Below, piece after piece: positions 20,811-31,613 of a DNA stretch of 64,000 bases. The notes beneath the pieces were generated by a model. The model saw only the letters and a list, made by a program, of their open reading frames with translations. It was not told where the DNA came from and ran no database searches. The position numbers and the translations under genes were made by a program. Origin of the DNA: an uncultured Actinomycetes bacterium (GTDB lineage Bacteria; Actinomycetota; Acidimicrobiia; Spongiisociales; DATADW01); the NCBI GenBank assembly GCA_963733905.1, contig CAVTEU010000007.1:356556-420555 (forward strand), read 5' to 3'. Positions within the stretch are counted from its first letter, which is position 1, and every line of letters starts with the position of its first letter.

Positions 20811-21544
20811 TGCCCCACCGCCACGGCGCGCAGCTGGATCTCGGCCAGCAGGTCGGGTTGCTCGAGCTCGACCATGCCCCCACCTCGCCAACTCGAGCAT
20901 CGCAAGGAAGTAGGCGACGATCTCGACAGGTCGGGTGCAGTGGGCGACCAGCTCCTCGAACCCGGACTCGGCGATCCGCTGCAAGCCGGTTCCGCAGGTC
21001 GTCGATGGCGTCGGCCACCGAGGGGAGCTCGAGATCGAGGTGGTCGACCGACGGCTCCTCGTCCCTCTCGGCCATGACCGAGGCAGCGATCGCGGCCAGC
21101 CCTGCGACGTCGACCGGAACCCTGACCTCGAGCGGTGGTGGAGGGGGGAGATCGCCGAGTGCAGGGACCCGGGCATGCCACCGCGACCCATCGTCGAGCC
21201 TGCTCGCCAGCACCGCGGCGACATCCTTGAAGGTGACACATGCCAGCAAGCGGGCGAGCAACTGGTCGCGCTCTTCGAGCAGAGCCAACTCGTCGTCGAG
21301 ATCCACGTCATCGGGGCCGGGAAGGAGCCGTCGCGCCTTCAGCTCGATGAGGGTGGCGGCAACGAGGACGAACTCGCTGGTCACCTCGAGGTCGAGCCGC
21401 CGCATCTGCTCGAGATGGAAGCAGGTACTCGCCAACCAGGTCGGACAGCCGCATGGCGGTGACATCGATCTGGTGTCGGTTGACGAGTTGGAGCAGAAGA
21501 TCGAGCGGGCCCTCGAAGACCGATGTGCGCACCGTGTAGGTCAT
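20807..21544 (-). CDS. scpA: Segregation/condensation protein ScpA, indels
   Basis: FEGPLDLLLQLV; SEFVLVAATLIELKARRLLP; IVAYFLAMLELAR. Confidence 0.92.
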
Positions 21545-21620
21545 GGCGTGTAGCTCATTTCGGGTAGGTCATGTTTTGTAGGTCATTTTGGGGCGGGTCA
21601 TGCTGGGCAGCTCATTGGCA
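21536..21620 (-). repeat. Six direct repeats of about 14 bp, the last containing the scpA start codon
   Basis: TCAT recurs at 21541, 21555, 21569, 21583, 21598, 21612; minus-strand consensus ATGASCTAC-N5. Confidence 0.85.
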
Positions 21621-21674
21621 GGACCGCATGGTGACCGTGCGGAGGGCGGAGGTCAACGATCGAAACCATCGGTC

Positions 21675-22200
21675 TCACCCGTCGAGAAGACTCCCCGTTT
21701 CGTGGTCGGCGGCGAACAGCACCGCCCAGTCGTCGGGGTGGATCGTCCTTGGGCGTTTGCCGTGGTGATGGAGGGCGAACTCGACCACCAGCGGCTCGGC
21801 TCCCGTCTCCTCGAGCTCGGCGGCGCCGATTGCCGGATGGTCGAGGTAGACGGCGACCCGGCCGTACCCCTCCAAGCGGAGCTGGCGGAGGAGAGATGCG
21901 AGCACCCGCCCGAGGATGCCCAGCCGGGCATGACGCTTGCCGACGTCGTGCAGCAGCGCCGCCCTGACCAGATCCGGCCGCTGTGGGGAGCGTTGCTCGG
22001 CGAACCGGGCAGCCCGGTATGCGTGACGCTGGTCGGCAGAGAGGCTGATCCCGGAAGAGCGCCTTCTCTGGACCCGTGGAGCGCCCATCCACGAATGCCG
22101 ACTCGTCCGCATCGAGCGGCTCCGATGACGCCACGTCGAAGAACCGTTTGACCAGGTGGCTCCAGGGGTCGCGGTGCGTGTCGATCTTCGAACCCGGCAC
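21675..22200 (-). CDS. HD-domain protein, indel near 22040
   Basis: HLVKRFF..ADQRHAY..AALLHDVGK..HPAIGA..AAD. Confidence 0.75.
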
Positions 22201-22211
22201 CGAGGGCCGAA

Positions 22212-22568
22212 TCAGCCCTGGCGCGCCTTGCACTCCAAGCAGAGCACCGAGGAGGGCCGAGCCTCCAGACGGGCGTCACCGATCTCGCCCCCGCAGCGGT
22301 CACAGACCCCGTAGCTGCCATCGGTGATCTTCTGGAGCGCCCGATCGATCACCTCGACCTGGTTCTTGAGCGACTCGACCACACCGAGCAACTCGGTCCG
22401 CTCTGCGGTGGCGGCGCCGGCGTCGGCGAACCCGTCGCCAAACTCGAGGTCGGGGCGAAGGTCACCTGTCTCGGTGGCGCCAAGCTCGCTGAGCTGGTGC
22501 ACCAGACGGGCGCGCTCCTCGTCGAGAGTGTGACGAGCGGTATCGAGATCGTATGAGGACGTGGTCAT
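22212..22568 (-). CDS. TraR/DksA C4 zinc-finger protein
   Basis: Coiled coil, DxG tip, YGVCDRCGGEIGDARLEARP..LCLECK. Confidence 0.9.
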   Translation of the reverse strand: MTTSSYDLDTARHTLDEERARLVHQLSELGATETGDLRPDLEFGDGFADAGAATAERTELLGVVESLKNQVEVIDRALQKITDGSYGVCDRCGGEIGDARLEARPSSVLCLECKARQG

Positions 22569-23470
22569 CTGGCTCGGGGGTGAGAGGAGACGTACACCTC
22601 GTACAGGTGCCCGGCGGACACCTTGGTGTAAACCTGCGTTGTGCTGATGTTAGCGTGACCGAGCAGCTCCTGGACGGTCCTCAGATCGGCCCCCGCCTCG
22701 ACCATGTGGGTCGCCATCGAATGTCTGAGAACGTGCGGGGACACCTTGGCGGCGTCGAGCCCGGCTCGGGTGGCGGAGTGGCGCACCACGGCGAAGACCC
22801 CTTGTCGGGTCAGTCGCCCACCGCGGAAGTTGAGGAAGAGCGCGCCCGGGTCCTGACCAGGTCGCCGCAGGCTCAATCGGTCGGGCAGGTACAAGCTGAT
22901 GGCGTCCACCGCAGCGGTCCCCAGCGGAACAAGCCGCTGCTTCGATCCCTTCCCGGTGACCAGGGCGTTGCGCTCCTCCAACTCGAGGTCGACCAGGTCC
23001 AAACCGACCGCCTCGGCAACCCGGGCTCCCGTTGCGTAGAGGAACTCGAGCAGCGCCCTGTCCCTTCGACCCAGCGAGGTCGTCGTGTCGGGCGCCTCCA
23101 CCAGTCGGATGGCCTCATCGACCGACAGCGCCTTGGGCAAAGACACCCGGCGGGCGGGGCGGTCGAGAAGCACGGTCGGATCCTCCGATGCCATGCCTTC
23201 CGTCACAAGGAAGCGGTGCAGCCCTCGCACCGCCGCCGTTTTCCGCGCCACCGTCGATGGGGCGAGACCGGCGGTTGACAGCCGATTGACGAACGAGTCG
23301 ACCAGGTCGCGGCTCGGTTCAGCACCATCGAGGTGCTCCAGGTAGTCGGTCAGATCGCGCCGGTAGGCGGCGACGGTGTTCCCCGAGAGTCCTCTCTCGG
23401 CGGAGAGATGTCCCAGGTACTCGGTGACGGCCGCGGTGAGGTCGTTGGTGGGCGCTCCGCGGGCGCTCAC
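22565..23470 (-). CDS. xerD: Tyrosine recombinase XerD
   Basis: ERGLSGNTVAAYRRDL; TGARVAE, GKGSKQR, HVLRHS, LLGH, TQVY; conserved position after pyrG-NUDIX-ald. Confidence 0.9.
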   Translation of the reverse strand: MSARGAPTNDLTAAVTEYLGHLSAERGLSGNTVAAYRRDLTDYLEHLDGAEPSRDLVDSFVNRLSTAGLAPSTVARKTAAVRGLHRFLVTEGMASEDPTVLLDRPARRVSLPKALSVDEAIRLVEAPDTTTSLGRRDRALLEFLYATGARVAEAVGLDLVDLELEERNALVTGKGSKQRLVPLGTAAVDAISLYLPDRLSLRRPGQDPGALFLNFRGGRLTRQGVFAVVRHSATRAGLDAAKVSPHVLRHSMATHMVEAGADLRTVQELLGHANISTTQVYTKVSAGHLYEVYVSSHPRAR

Positions 23471-24597
23471 ACCGGGGCGACGCCCGCCAGCGCCACCTCG
23501 GGCGCCACCCACGTGGTACCGAGGCTCTCGGCCACGGCCCGGTTGGCGAACGAGCCATTGGCGACGTTGAGCCCGGGGACGAGCTCGGGGTGGCGGCGGA
23601 ACGCCTCGTGGACCCCGTGGTCGGCAAGCGCCAAGACGTAGGGGATGGTGGCGTTGGTCAGCGCGTAGGTGGAGGTATGGGGCACGGCGCCTGGGATGTT
23701 GCCCACCGCATAGTGGACGACATCGTGCACCGAATAGACGGGATCCTCGTGGGTCGTCTCCCGGCTCGTCTCGAAGCAGCCCCCCTGGTCGATGGCGATG
23801 TCCACCAGCACGGCCCCCCGCTTCATCCCGGCCACCATCTGCTCGGTGACCAAACGGGGCGCAGAAGCCCCAGGCACCAAGACCGACCCGATGACCAGGT
23901 CGGCGTCTTCCACCTGCTCCTCCAAGGTGAGCTGGTTCGAGGCAAGGGTCACGATCCGGCCGTGGTAGAGGGAATCGATAGCCCGGAGCCTCGACAGGTC
24001 ACGGTCGAGCGCCACCACCTCGGCCTGCATCCCCACCGCGATCACCGCGGCATTGGTCCCTGCGATCCCGGCTCCGATCACAACCACCTTGCCCGGCGCC
24101 ACGCCGGGGACACCGCCGAGCAGGATTCCCCGCCCGCCCTGCGCCCTCTCCAGGAAGTAGGCACCGGCCTGGGTCCCCATCCGCCCCGCAATCTCGGACA
24201 TGGGGGCGAGCAGCGGCAGCGAGCGATCGGCGAGTTGGACCGTCTCGTAGGCGATCCCGACCACACCGCTCTCCGCCAGCCCCTTGGCCAGGTTGGGATA
24301 GGCGGCGAGGTGCAGATAGGTGAAGACGATCTGACCGGGCCGAAAGCGCTCCACCTCGACCGGCTGCGGTTCCTTGACCTTGAGGATGAGGTCGGCCCCC
24401 TCGAACACATCCTCGGCGGTAGCGACTATCTCGGCGCCCTGGGCGGAGTACTCGGCATCGTGGATGGTGGAGCCATCACCCGCCTGGGACTGGACCAGGA
24501 CCCGGTGCCCACGGCTGACGAGCTCGCGCACACCCGTTGGGGTGATGGCCACCCTGCCCTCGGATGCCTTGATCTCGGTGGGGACGCCGACGATCAC
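23467..24597 (-). CDS. ald: Alanine dehydrogenase
   Basis: VGVPTEIK, KVKEP, TYLHLA, LLAPMSEIAGR, DIAIDQGGCFETS. Confidence 0.96.
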   Translation of the reverse strand: MIVGVPTEIKASEGRVAITPTGVRELVSRGHRVLVQSQAGDGSTIHDAEYSAQGAEIVATAEDVFEGADLILKVKEPQPVEVERFRPGQIVFTYLHLAAYPNLAKGLAESGVVGIAYETVQLADRSLPLLAPMSEIAGRMGTQAGAYFLERAQGGRGILLGGVPGVAPGKVVVIGAGIAGTNAAVIAVGMQAEVVALDRDLSRLRAIDSLYHGRIVTLASNQLTLEEQVEDADLVIGSVLVPGASAPRLVTEQMVAGMKRGAVLVDIAIDQGGCFETSRETTHEDPVYSVHDVVHYAVGNIPGAVPHTSTYALTNATIPYVLALADHGVHEAFRRHPELVPGLNVANGSFANRAVAESLGTTWVAPEVALAGVAPV

Positions 24598-25139
24598 CGT
24601 CGGCCACCGATCATCAGCAGACCGATCTGGGTCTTGGCGTCCACGATCTCACCTTCCCAGATCATCTCGACCGCCCTGGCGATCGGCAACCGGACGATCT
24701 CGCTCACCTCTTCTTCGGCGCCGATGGGCGACGACTCGACGGGGACCGGCTCCTCGGCGAGAAAGAGGGTGATCCGCTCGTCGGTGAAGCCGGGCGCGGT
24801 GAAGAACTCGCACAACGGCTCCAGCTTCACCGGCTGCAAACCCACCTCCTCGACGCACTCCCGCCGCGCCGCCTCCGCGGGGTCCTCGCCCCGGATGTCG
24901 AGTTTCCCGGCGGGGATCTCCAGCATGAACCTACGCACCGCGGTGCGGTGCTGGCGGATGAGGACGACGTCATCGCCGAGGACCGGCACCACCGCCACCG
25001 CGCCTGGGTGTCGGATCACATCGCGCTCCATCGAGCGTCCATCCGGCGCCAGCAGATGGTGCTTGCTCAACTCGAGAAATACCCCGCTGCCCATGATCCG
25101 CTCCCCGAGCATCCTGAACTCGGGGTCCGACGCAATCAC
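24594..25139 (-). CDS. NUDIX hydrolase (ADP-ribose pyrophosphatase-like)
   Basis: HPGAVAVV; EIPAGKLD..AARRECVEEVG; APGFTDE; DAKT. Confidence 0.88.
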   Translation of the reverse strand: MIASDPEFRMLGERIMGSGVFLELSKHHLLAPDGRSMERDVIRHPGAVAVVPVLGDDVVLIRQHRTAVRRFMLEIPAGKLDIRGEDPAEAARRECVEEVGLQPVKLEPLCEFFTAPGFTDERITLFLAEEPVPVESSPIGAEEEVSEIVRLPIARAVEMIWEGEIVDAKTQIGLLMIGGRR

Positions 25140-25152
25140 AGGGGGGAGGCGC

Positions 25153-26800
25153 TCAACCCAACTCGACCAGGGGTGCCTCGACCGGCGCAAGCCCGGCAGC
25201 GGCACGCTGCTTCTCGAGCGAGGCGGCGATGAACCCGGCAAAGAGCGGGTGGGCCTGGTTGGGTCGCGACTTGAACTCGGGGTGGAACTGGCTGGCGATG
25301 AAGAAGGGGTGCCCGGGCAGTTCGATGATCTCCACCAGCGAGTCATCCGGCGCCAGACCGGACAACCGCATACCGGCCTGCTCGAGGTCGGCGCGATAGC
25401 GGTTGTTGACCTCGAACCGGTGGCGGTGGCGCTCGTAGATCAACTCCTTGCCATAGAGCCTTCGGGCGAGCGATCCCTCCTCGAGCGCCGCCGGGTAAAG
25501 CCCGAGCCGCATCGTCCCGCCCAACTCGTCGACCGATTGCTGGCTCTCCATGAGATCGATCACCGGGTGGGCGGTTGTGGGATCGAACTCGGAGCTGTTG
25601 GCGTCAGGCATGTGGAGCTGCGACCGGGCGAACTCGATGACGGCGCACTGGAGCCCGAGGCACAGCCCGAGGAATGGGATGCCCTGCTCGCGGGCAAACC
25701 GGACCGCCTGCACCTTGCCTTCTATCCCCCGCACTCCGAAGCCACCGGGGACGAGGATCCCGTCGAGGTCGTCGAGGGTGGTCATGGCGAGCAGTCCGAC
25801 GGTGTCGTCGGAGGGCACCCAGCGGAGGTCGAGCCTGACGTCGTTGGCGGTAGCGCCGTGCCGCAACGCCTCGACCACGGAGAGGTAGGCGTCGGGGAGA
25901 TCCACGTACTTGCCCACCACGCCGATGGTGACCGTCGTCGCCGGCAACGGCCGAGCGGTGGACCATCCTCTCCCAGTCATCCAGATCCGGGTCGGGAGTT
26001 GACAGCTCGAGGGTGTCGCAGACGACCCGGTCGAGACCACCTCGGTTGAGCACCAACGGGACCTCGTATATGTCGTCGACATCGGTGGCGTTGATGACGG
26101 CGCCGGGGTCGACATCGCAGAAGAGGCTGATCTTGCGGCGGACGCCCTCGTCGATCGGCCGGTCGGAGCGGACGACGATCACGTCGGGCTGGATCCCCCT
26201 GCTCCGCAGTTCGGCGACCGAGTGCTGCGTCGGCTTGGTCTTTAGCTCCTCGGACGATCCGATGAACGGGACCAGCGTGACATGGATGTAGACGGTGTTC
26301 GCCTTGCCCAGGTCCTTGCGCAGCTGACGGATCGCCTCGAGGAAGGGGAGGCTCTCGATGTCACCGACAGTTCCTCCCACCTCGGTGATGACCACATCCA
26401 CTTCGGGGTCGCCGAGCCGGCGGATCCGCGTCTTGATCTCGTTGGTGACGTGGGGGATCACCTGGACGGTGTCCCCCAGGTAGTCGCCACGCCGCTCCTT
26501 CTGGATAACCGTCTGGTACACCGAGCCGGTGGTCACGTTCGAGGTGCGCCGCAGGTTCTCACCGGTGAAACGCTCGTAGTGGCCCAGGTCGAGGTCGGTC
26601 TCGCCGCCGTCATCGGTGACGAACACCTCGCCGTGTTGGAACGGGTTCATCGTGCCCGGGTCGACATTGATGTACGGGTCGAGCTTCTGGTTGACCACCC
26701 GCAGACCGCGCGCCTTGAGCAGTCGGCCGAGCGATGCTGCGGTTATCCCCTTCCCCAGGCTGGAGACCACACCACCGGTCACAAATACGTGCTTGCTCAT
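25153..26800 (-). CDS. pyrG: CTP synthase, indel near 25950
   Basis: [30 protein letters not shown]; GATase GLCLG, RHRHRFE, QFHPE. Confidence 0.96.
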
Positions 26801-26959
26801 CGCTCCTCCTCGTGGCTTGGCTTGCGCAGAGGAGGGGTGGAATCCCGGGAGCGCAGCAGGCGGCTCATCACGGGAGGCCAGAGTAGCACCGGGTGGCCGC
26901 GCCTCCCAGGACCGCACGGCCCGCGGGCCGGGCGAGGCAGACCGGGTTACCGTGGCGCC

Positions 26960-29185
26960 ATGGCGGGAGCATCACCGCAGCGACGCAGGGTACGTCCCGA
27001 CCTGTGGGCAGGGTGGCGACCCAACGGGGTCGGGGAGGTCAAGCCCAACCACTACGGAGAGATCTTCCGAACCGTCTGGGAGAACCGCGACTCGCTCCCC
27101 CGCGCCTGGGCGATCCTGACCAAAGGTGTCTGCGACGGGTGCGCCCTAGGTACCGCCGGCCTCCACGACTGGACGATCGACGGTGTCCACCTGTGCACCG
27201 TCCGGCTCAACCTCCTCCGGCTCAACACGATGGGACCGCTCGACCCGGCCGTCCTCGGAGACGTGACCGCACTTCGGGCGAGGTCGGGGAAGGACCTCCG
27301 TGAGTTGGGACGGCTCGCCCACCCCATGGTGAGGAGACGCGGTGAGCCGGGGTTCCGCCGGATCACCTGGGGCGAGGCGCTCGATCTGGTCGCCAATCGG
27401 CTGAAAAGAACTGATCCGGCAAGATTCGCCCTCTACCTCACGTCGAGGGGGCTGACGAACGAGACCTACTACGTGGCGCAGAAGTTCGTCCGGTTTCTCG
27501 GGTCGCCCAACATCGACAACGCAGCGAGGGTTTGCCATGCCCCCTCCACGATGGCCCTCAAAGGATCGATCGGATTTGGGGCGACCACCGTCTCCTACAA
27601 AGACATTTTCGAATCCGACCTGGTCGTCCTCTTTGGCAGCCACACCGCCAACGCCCAACCGGTGATGATGAAGTACCTCTACCTCGCTCGCAAGCAAGGG
27701 TTGCGGGTGGTGGTGGTCAACCCCTTCCGCGAACCCGCTCTGGAGCGATATTGGGTCCCGTCCAACCCGGAGAGCGCGATCTTCGGTACGCGCATCACCG
27801 ACGAGTTCTTCCCGATCCATACCGGTGGGGACATCGGGTTCGTGTCCGGTGTCCTCAAGGCGATGCTTGCCGAGGGGACCGTCGACCACGGCTTCATCGA
27901 AGCGCGCACCGAGGGATGGACCGAGCTTCGAGCCGCGGTCGAGGCATTCAGGTGGGAAGACCTCGAGGTTGCCTCGGGCTCGACGAGGGCCGAGATGGAG
28001 CGTTTCGCCCACGTCTATGGCGAGGCACGGTCCGCCATCCTCATCTGGTCCATGGGGGTGACCCAGCACGTTTTCGGGTCGGACAACGTGCGCGCCATCG
28101 CCAATCTGGCGCTGGCGCGGGGGAACATCGGCCGGCCGGGTGCCGGGCTGATGCCCATCCGCGGGCACTCCGGCGTCCAGGGCGGTGCCGAGATGGGTGC
28201 CTACGCCACAACGCTCCCCGGCGGGGCCGCCCTCAACGGCGAGTCGGCCGCCCGGCTCTCCGCCGACTACGGGTTCGACGTGCCGGCCACCCCGGGGCTG
28301 AGCGCCGCCGAGATGGCGGAGGCCGCCCACCGCGGCGAGCTCGACATCCTGTACTCGTGCGGTGGAAACTTCCTCGAGGTCCTACCCGACCCGCAACAGG
28401 TGAGGGAGGCGCTGGAGCGGGTCCCGCTGCGTGTCCACCAGGACATCGTCATCACCACACAGATGCTCCTCGATCCGGGTGAGGAGGTGGTTCTCTTGCC
28501 CGCCGCCACCCGCTACGAGCAGCGGGACGGCGGCACCGAGACGACGACAGAGCGGCGGGTGGTGTTCGGGCCCCAGGTGGTGCCGCCGGTGGGAGCGGCG
28601 CGCACCGAATGGGAGATCTTCCTCGACCTCGCCAGACGGGTGGATCCGGGGCGCGCCCATCTCATCGAGTTCGCCTCGGGTGAGGACATCCGCGCCGAGA
28701 TCGCCCGGGTGGTACCCACCTACCAAGGGGTCGAGAGCCTGACGGAACTGGGAGACAACGTGCAGTGGGGTGGGGAGCGCCTCGGCGAGGAGGGGCGGTT
28801 TCCCACTCCAGACGGGAAGGCGCACTTCGCCGTCGTCCAGCCACCACCCCCACCGGAGCCGGGCAGGTTCCGGCTCTCCACGAGGCGGGGCAAGCAGTTC
28901 AACACGATGGTGTTCTCCGAACGGGACCCGCTGACCGGGATGGGGCGCCATGACGTCCTGATGGCGCCCACCGACCTCGAGGGTTTGGGGCTGACCGACG
29001 GCACCCCGGTGACCGTCCGCTCGGCCCACGGCGAGCTCGCCGCAACGGTAAGGAGCGGGAAGATCCGGCCGGGGAATCTCCAGGCCTTTTGGCCCGAGGC
29101 CAACGTGTTGCTGGCACCGGGGGTACGCGACCCCGAGGCGTTGATCCCCGATTACACCGCGTTGGTCGAGGTGATCCCAGCCTGA
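26960..29185 (+). CDS. FdhF/YdeP-family molybdopterin oxidoreductase
   Basis: [41 protein letters not shown]-terminal TRRGKQFN; TACCGT -10 box 6 nt before ATG. Confidence 0.88.
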   Translation: MAGASPQRRRVRPDLWAGWRPNGVGEVKPNHYGEIFRTVWENRDSLPRAWAILTKGVCDGCALGTAGLHDWTIDGVHLCTVRLNLLRLNTMGPLDPAVLGDVTALRARSGKDLRELGRLAHPMVRRRGEPGFRRITWGEALDLVANRLKRTDPARFALYLTSRGLTNETYYVAQKFVRFLGSPNIDNAARVCHAPSTMALKGSIGFGATTVSYKDIFESDLVVLFGSHTANAQPVMMKYLYLARKQGLRVVVVNPFREPALERYWVPSNPESAIFGTRITDEFFPIHTGGDIGFVSGVLKAMLAEGTVDHGFIEARTEGWTELRAAVEAFRWEDLEVASGSTRAEMERFAHVYGEARSAILIWSMGVTQHVFGSDNVRAIANLALARGNIGRPGAGLMPIRGHSGVQGGAEMGAYATTLPGGAALNGESAARLSADYGFDVPATPGLSAAEMAEAAHRGELDILYSCGGNFLEVLPDPQQVREALERVPLRVHQDIVITTQMLLDPGEEVVLLPAATRYEQRDGGTETTTERRVVFGPQVVPPVGAARTEWEIFLDLARRVDPGRAHLIEFASGEDIRAEIARVVPTYQGVESLTELGDNVQWGGERLGEEGRFPTPDGKAHFAVVQPPPPPEPGRFRLSTRRGKQFNTMVFSERDPLTGMGRHDVLMAPTDLEGLGLTDGTPVTVRSAHGELAATVRSGKIRPGNLQAFWPEANVLLAPGVRDPEALIPDYTALVEVIPA

Positions 29186-29186
29186 T

Positions 29187-30085
29187 CTAGGAGAGCGGTC
29201 CGAACGAGAAGACCGGCGGCCGGGTGGGGTAGGGAGCGCGGCAGGTGAGCATCGACTGCTCGGGTGAGCTCCGGTATTCGACCCTGACCGCCAACCTATC
29301 GCCATCCGGGCCACGCACCGCAACTTCGGCTGATCCCGGCGACAGGCGCCTCATCGAGATCACCTCCACGTCGTCGATCCCGACCCATCCGAAATCGGTC
29401 GCGCACGAAATGGTCGGTGGCCTGGGCGATGCGATGCATGGTGCTCCGACCTCGGTAGAGGTCGAGTTCGAGCCGGCCAAGTTCGAACGAGTCGATGAGG
29501 CGGGAGGCGTCCTCGGGTTCGACGCGCCCGAAATACGCCCCGTGGGGCAGGACGAGAATGTTGCCGGCGAACCGATCGCCGCCGATGTGCGATGTCTCCC
29601 ATACCCGGTCGGGGAGCACATCGGCCGACGCCCTGTACAACGGCCTTCCCCGGTCGGCACAGCAGATGTCGTGGCGCCCGTGGGTGCACACCAGGTAAAC
29701 GGGACGGGTGCTGGGGGAAACCAACGGGTTCTCCAGCCGCCAGCGCCGACAGGTCGACTTCGAGCACATCCTCGGGGGTGGTCAATGGGAGGCGCACCAA
29801 GACCGGTTCTGTGCCACCACCTCCGCTGTGGGCGAGGAACATGGCCCGCTCATCGGCATTGTCCCGACCCCGCCGGATCAGCAAAGGCCGGACGCCGTGG
29901 ATCGCGCTGCGCCGCTCCAACTCGACCGCCACCTCCAGAGGGAACCGGCTGTCAAGTAGTGCTTCGGGTCCCCACGGCCCGGGCTGCTCGACGACGATCC
30001 ATGCGGTGACGGTCGAAGCCGTGGCGTAAAGCGGCTCTTCCCGGCTCTCTGCTTCCTCCGAGCAACGGAACCGGCTCGCGGTCAA
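29187..30085 (-). CDS. Sucrase-ferredoxin-like protein (thioredoxin-fold 2Fe-2S), indels
   Basis: EQPGPWG N-domain; LVCTHGRHDICCA; VWETSHIGGDRFAGN; HGAYFGRV; YRGRS; rebuilt from three ORF fragments. Confidence 0.85.
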
Positions 30086-31241
30086 CCGCGCACCTCGAGC
30101 AGACCCTCCTTGATCAGCCTGCGGACGAGCACCAAGCGACTCGCCGCATCCAGCTGAATCTCATCGACCCGGATCTCGCCGCGTCCGACCACGTCAATCA
30201 TCACCGGCTCCATCCATGCCGGCATCCGCAGCTCGCGGTCACCGAGCAGCACCGCCAACTCGTCACCTTCGACCTGAAGAGGCACAGCGCGCCGGCCCTC
30301 ACCCCCACCACCGATCGGTCGGTGATCTCGTCGAGGTCGAGCACGCGTCGCATCTGACCGGCGAGCAACGGCTGGCGGGTGGTGAAGAACCGCCGCTGCA
30401 ACCGCCCCCCGATCGCATCCCTGTCCACTTTCGTCACCAGGAGGTCGGCGATCAGGTGGAGACGCTCGTCGACCGTCGCACGCAATGCCTCGCCGATCCT
30501 GGGCGAACCGCAGTGGCAAGCGGATCGTCGAGCTCACCATCAGTCTGCAGCAGCGACACCGCCGCCTCGAGAACATCCCTGGTCCCGATGGAAAGAATCC
30601 CGACGGTGAGGTGGACCGATGCCGAAGCCTGGGTGGCTGCGGCGTGAGGGAAGTTCTTCGGGATGTAGAGGCTGTCGCCCGGTTCGAGCTCGACCTCGAC
30701 CAGCGGAGCTCGGGTCGGCGGCAGGTCATGCCGCTCGTGCACCCACCAGCGCTTGCTGCCGTGACTTTGCAGCACGAAGACGTCGTGGTCGTCCTTGTGG
30801 GCATCGAAGCCCTGCGACCCAGGCGGCGTGATGTAGGCGTTGACCTGTACCGGGTGGCCGAGCGACGCCTCCAAGCTGCGGGCGAAGATCGCCACGGGAG
30901 ACCAGTAGCGGTGCATGCCCTGGAGCACGATCGTCGCCCCCTGGTCGAAGTGGGCGAACACGGCCGAGGCGTCGGCCACCCCGGTTGCCGTCTGAGATCC
31001 GGTTCGTGTGGTCTTGGTGTAACCGCTGGGTGGGAGGACCTTCCCATGGCGGACCAGCCGGAATGCCGGCAGCCGAAGACCACGCCGACGAGATCAGCCG
31101 GTCGACGTCGTCGAGCGAGAGCAGGTCGTCGAAGCCTCCCGGAGACCGGTGCAGGAGGGGACGCTCCCCCCACACTTCGGCGGCAAAGGCGGCTGGATCG
31201 CCGACGCAACGCTCGAGGCCGGCGTCGGGCACCTCTCTCAC
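30082..31241 (-). CDS. JmjC / cupin-4 Fe(II)-2OG oxygenase (YcfD/RoxA/NO66-like), indels
   Basis: NAYITPPGSQGFDAHKDDHDVFVLQSHGSKRW..LEPGDSLYIPKNFPH (HxD..H triad, 2OG Lys); winged-helix-like tail LVRRLIKEGLL. Confidence 0.9.
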
Positions 31242-31280
31242 GAGCTCCGGGTCATCCCGGCGGTGTTTGAGTGCTTGGCT

Positions 31281-31580
31281 CTACCGGTCGGTCCCGTCGA
31301 CACCGTCGCTGTCGGTGCCGTCGACCCCGTCGGCGTCGGTGCCGTCGACTCCGTCCACACCATCGGCATCGGTGCCGTCCACTCCATCCACACCGTCGGC
31401 ATCGGTGCCGTCCACTCCGTCGACCCCATCGGCATCGGTGCCGTCCACTCCGTCGACCCCGTCGGCATCGGTGCCGTCGACCCCGTCGGCCTCGTCGGCA
31501 TCGTCCTTCTGGGACGCCGGAACGCCATTGGTCACGTTGCGGATGTCCTCATCACGCAGCGACGGGTGTTCAGTGCTCAT
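31281..31580 (-). CDS. Asp-rich repeat peptide, putative RiPP-like precursor (7 x DGVDGTD)
   Basis: Strong GAGGAGG RBS; 25-aa unique leader with LRDEDI; DNA repeats differ at synonymous positions; directly upstream of the JmjC gene. Confidence 0.85.
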   Translation of the reverse strand: MSTEHPSLRDEDIRNVTNGVPASQKDDADEADGVDGTDADGVDGVDGTDADGVDGVDGTDADGVDGVDGTDADGVDGVDGTDADGVDGTDSDGVDGTDR

Positions 31581-31613
31581 CTCGCCCTCCTCAATTCGAT
31601 CCTGCGGCTGAGG

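Noticed and set aside
21536-21620. 14-bp repeats as a mini-CRISPR
   Set aside because: The repeat core (about 9 nt) and variable part (about 5 nt) are far too short; kept as a separate finding
22565-23470. Tyrosine recombinase as a prophage or island integrase
   Set aside because: XerD signature and canonical housekeeping position; no att sites or phage genes
23590-26049. Long antisense ORFs (819 aa here; also 4737-6323, 14056-15618, 54121-55395 and others)
   Set aside because: Shadow frames of real genes in high-GC DNA, with no recognisable motifs
31281-31490. 33-bp periodic repeat as a CRISPR array
   Set aside because: No unique spacers and no cas genes; the repeats are in-frame coding with synonymous variation
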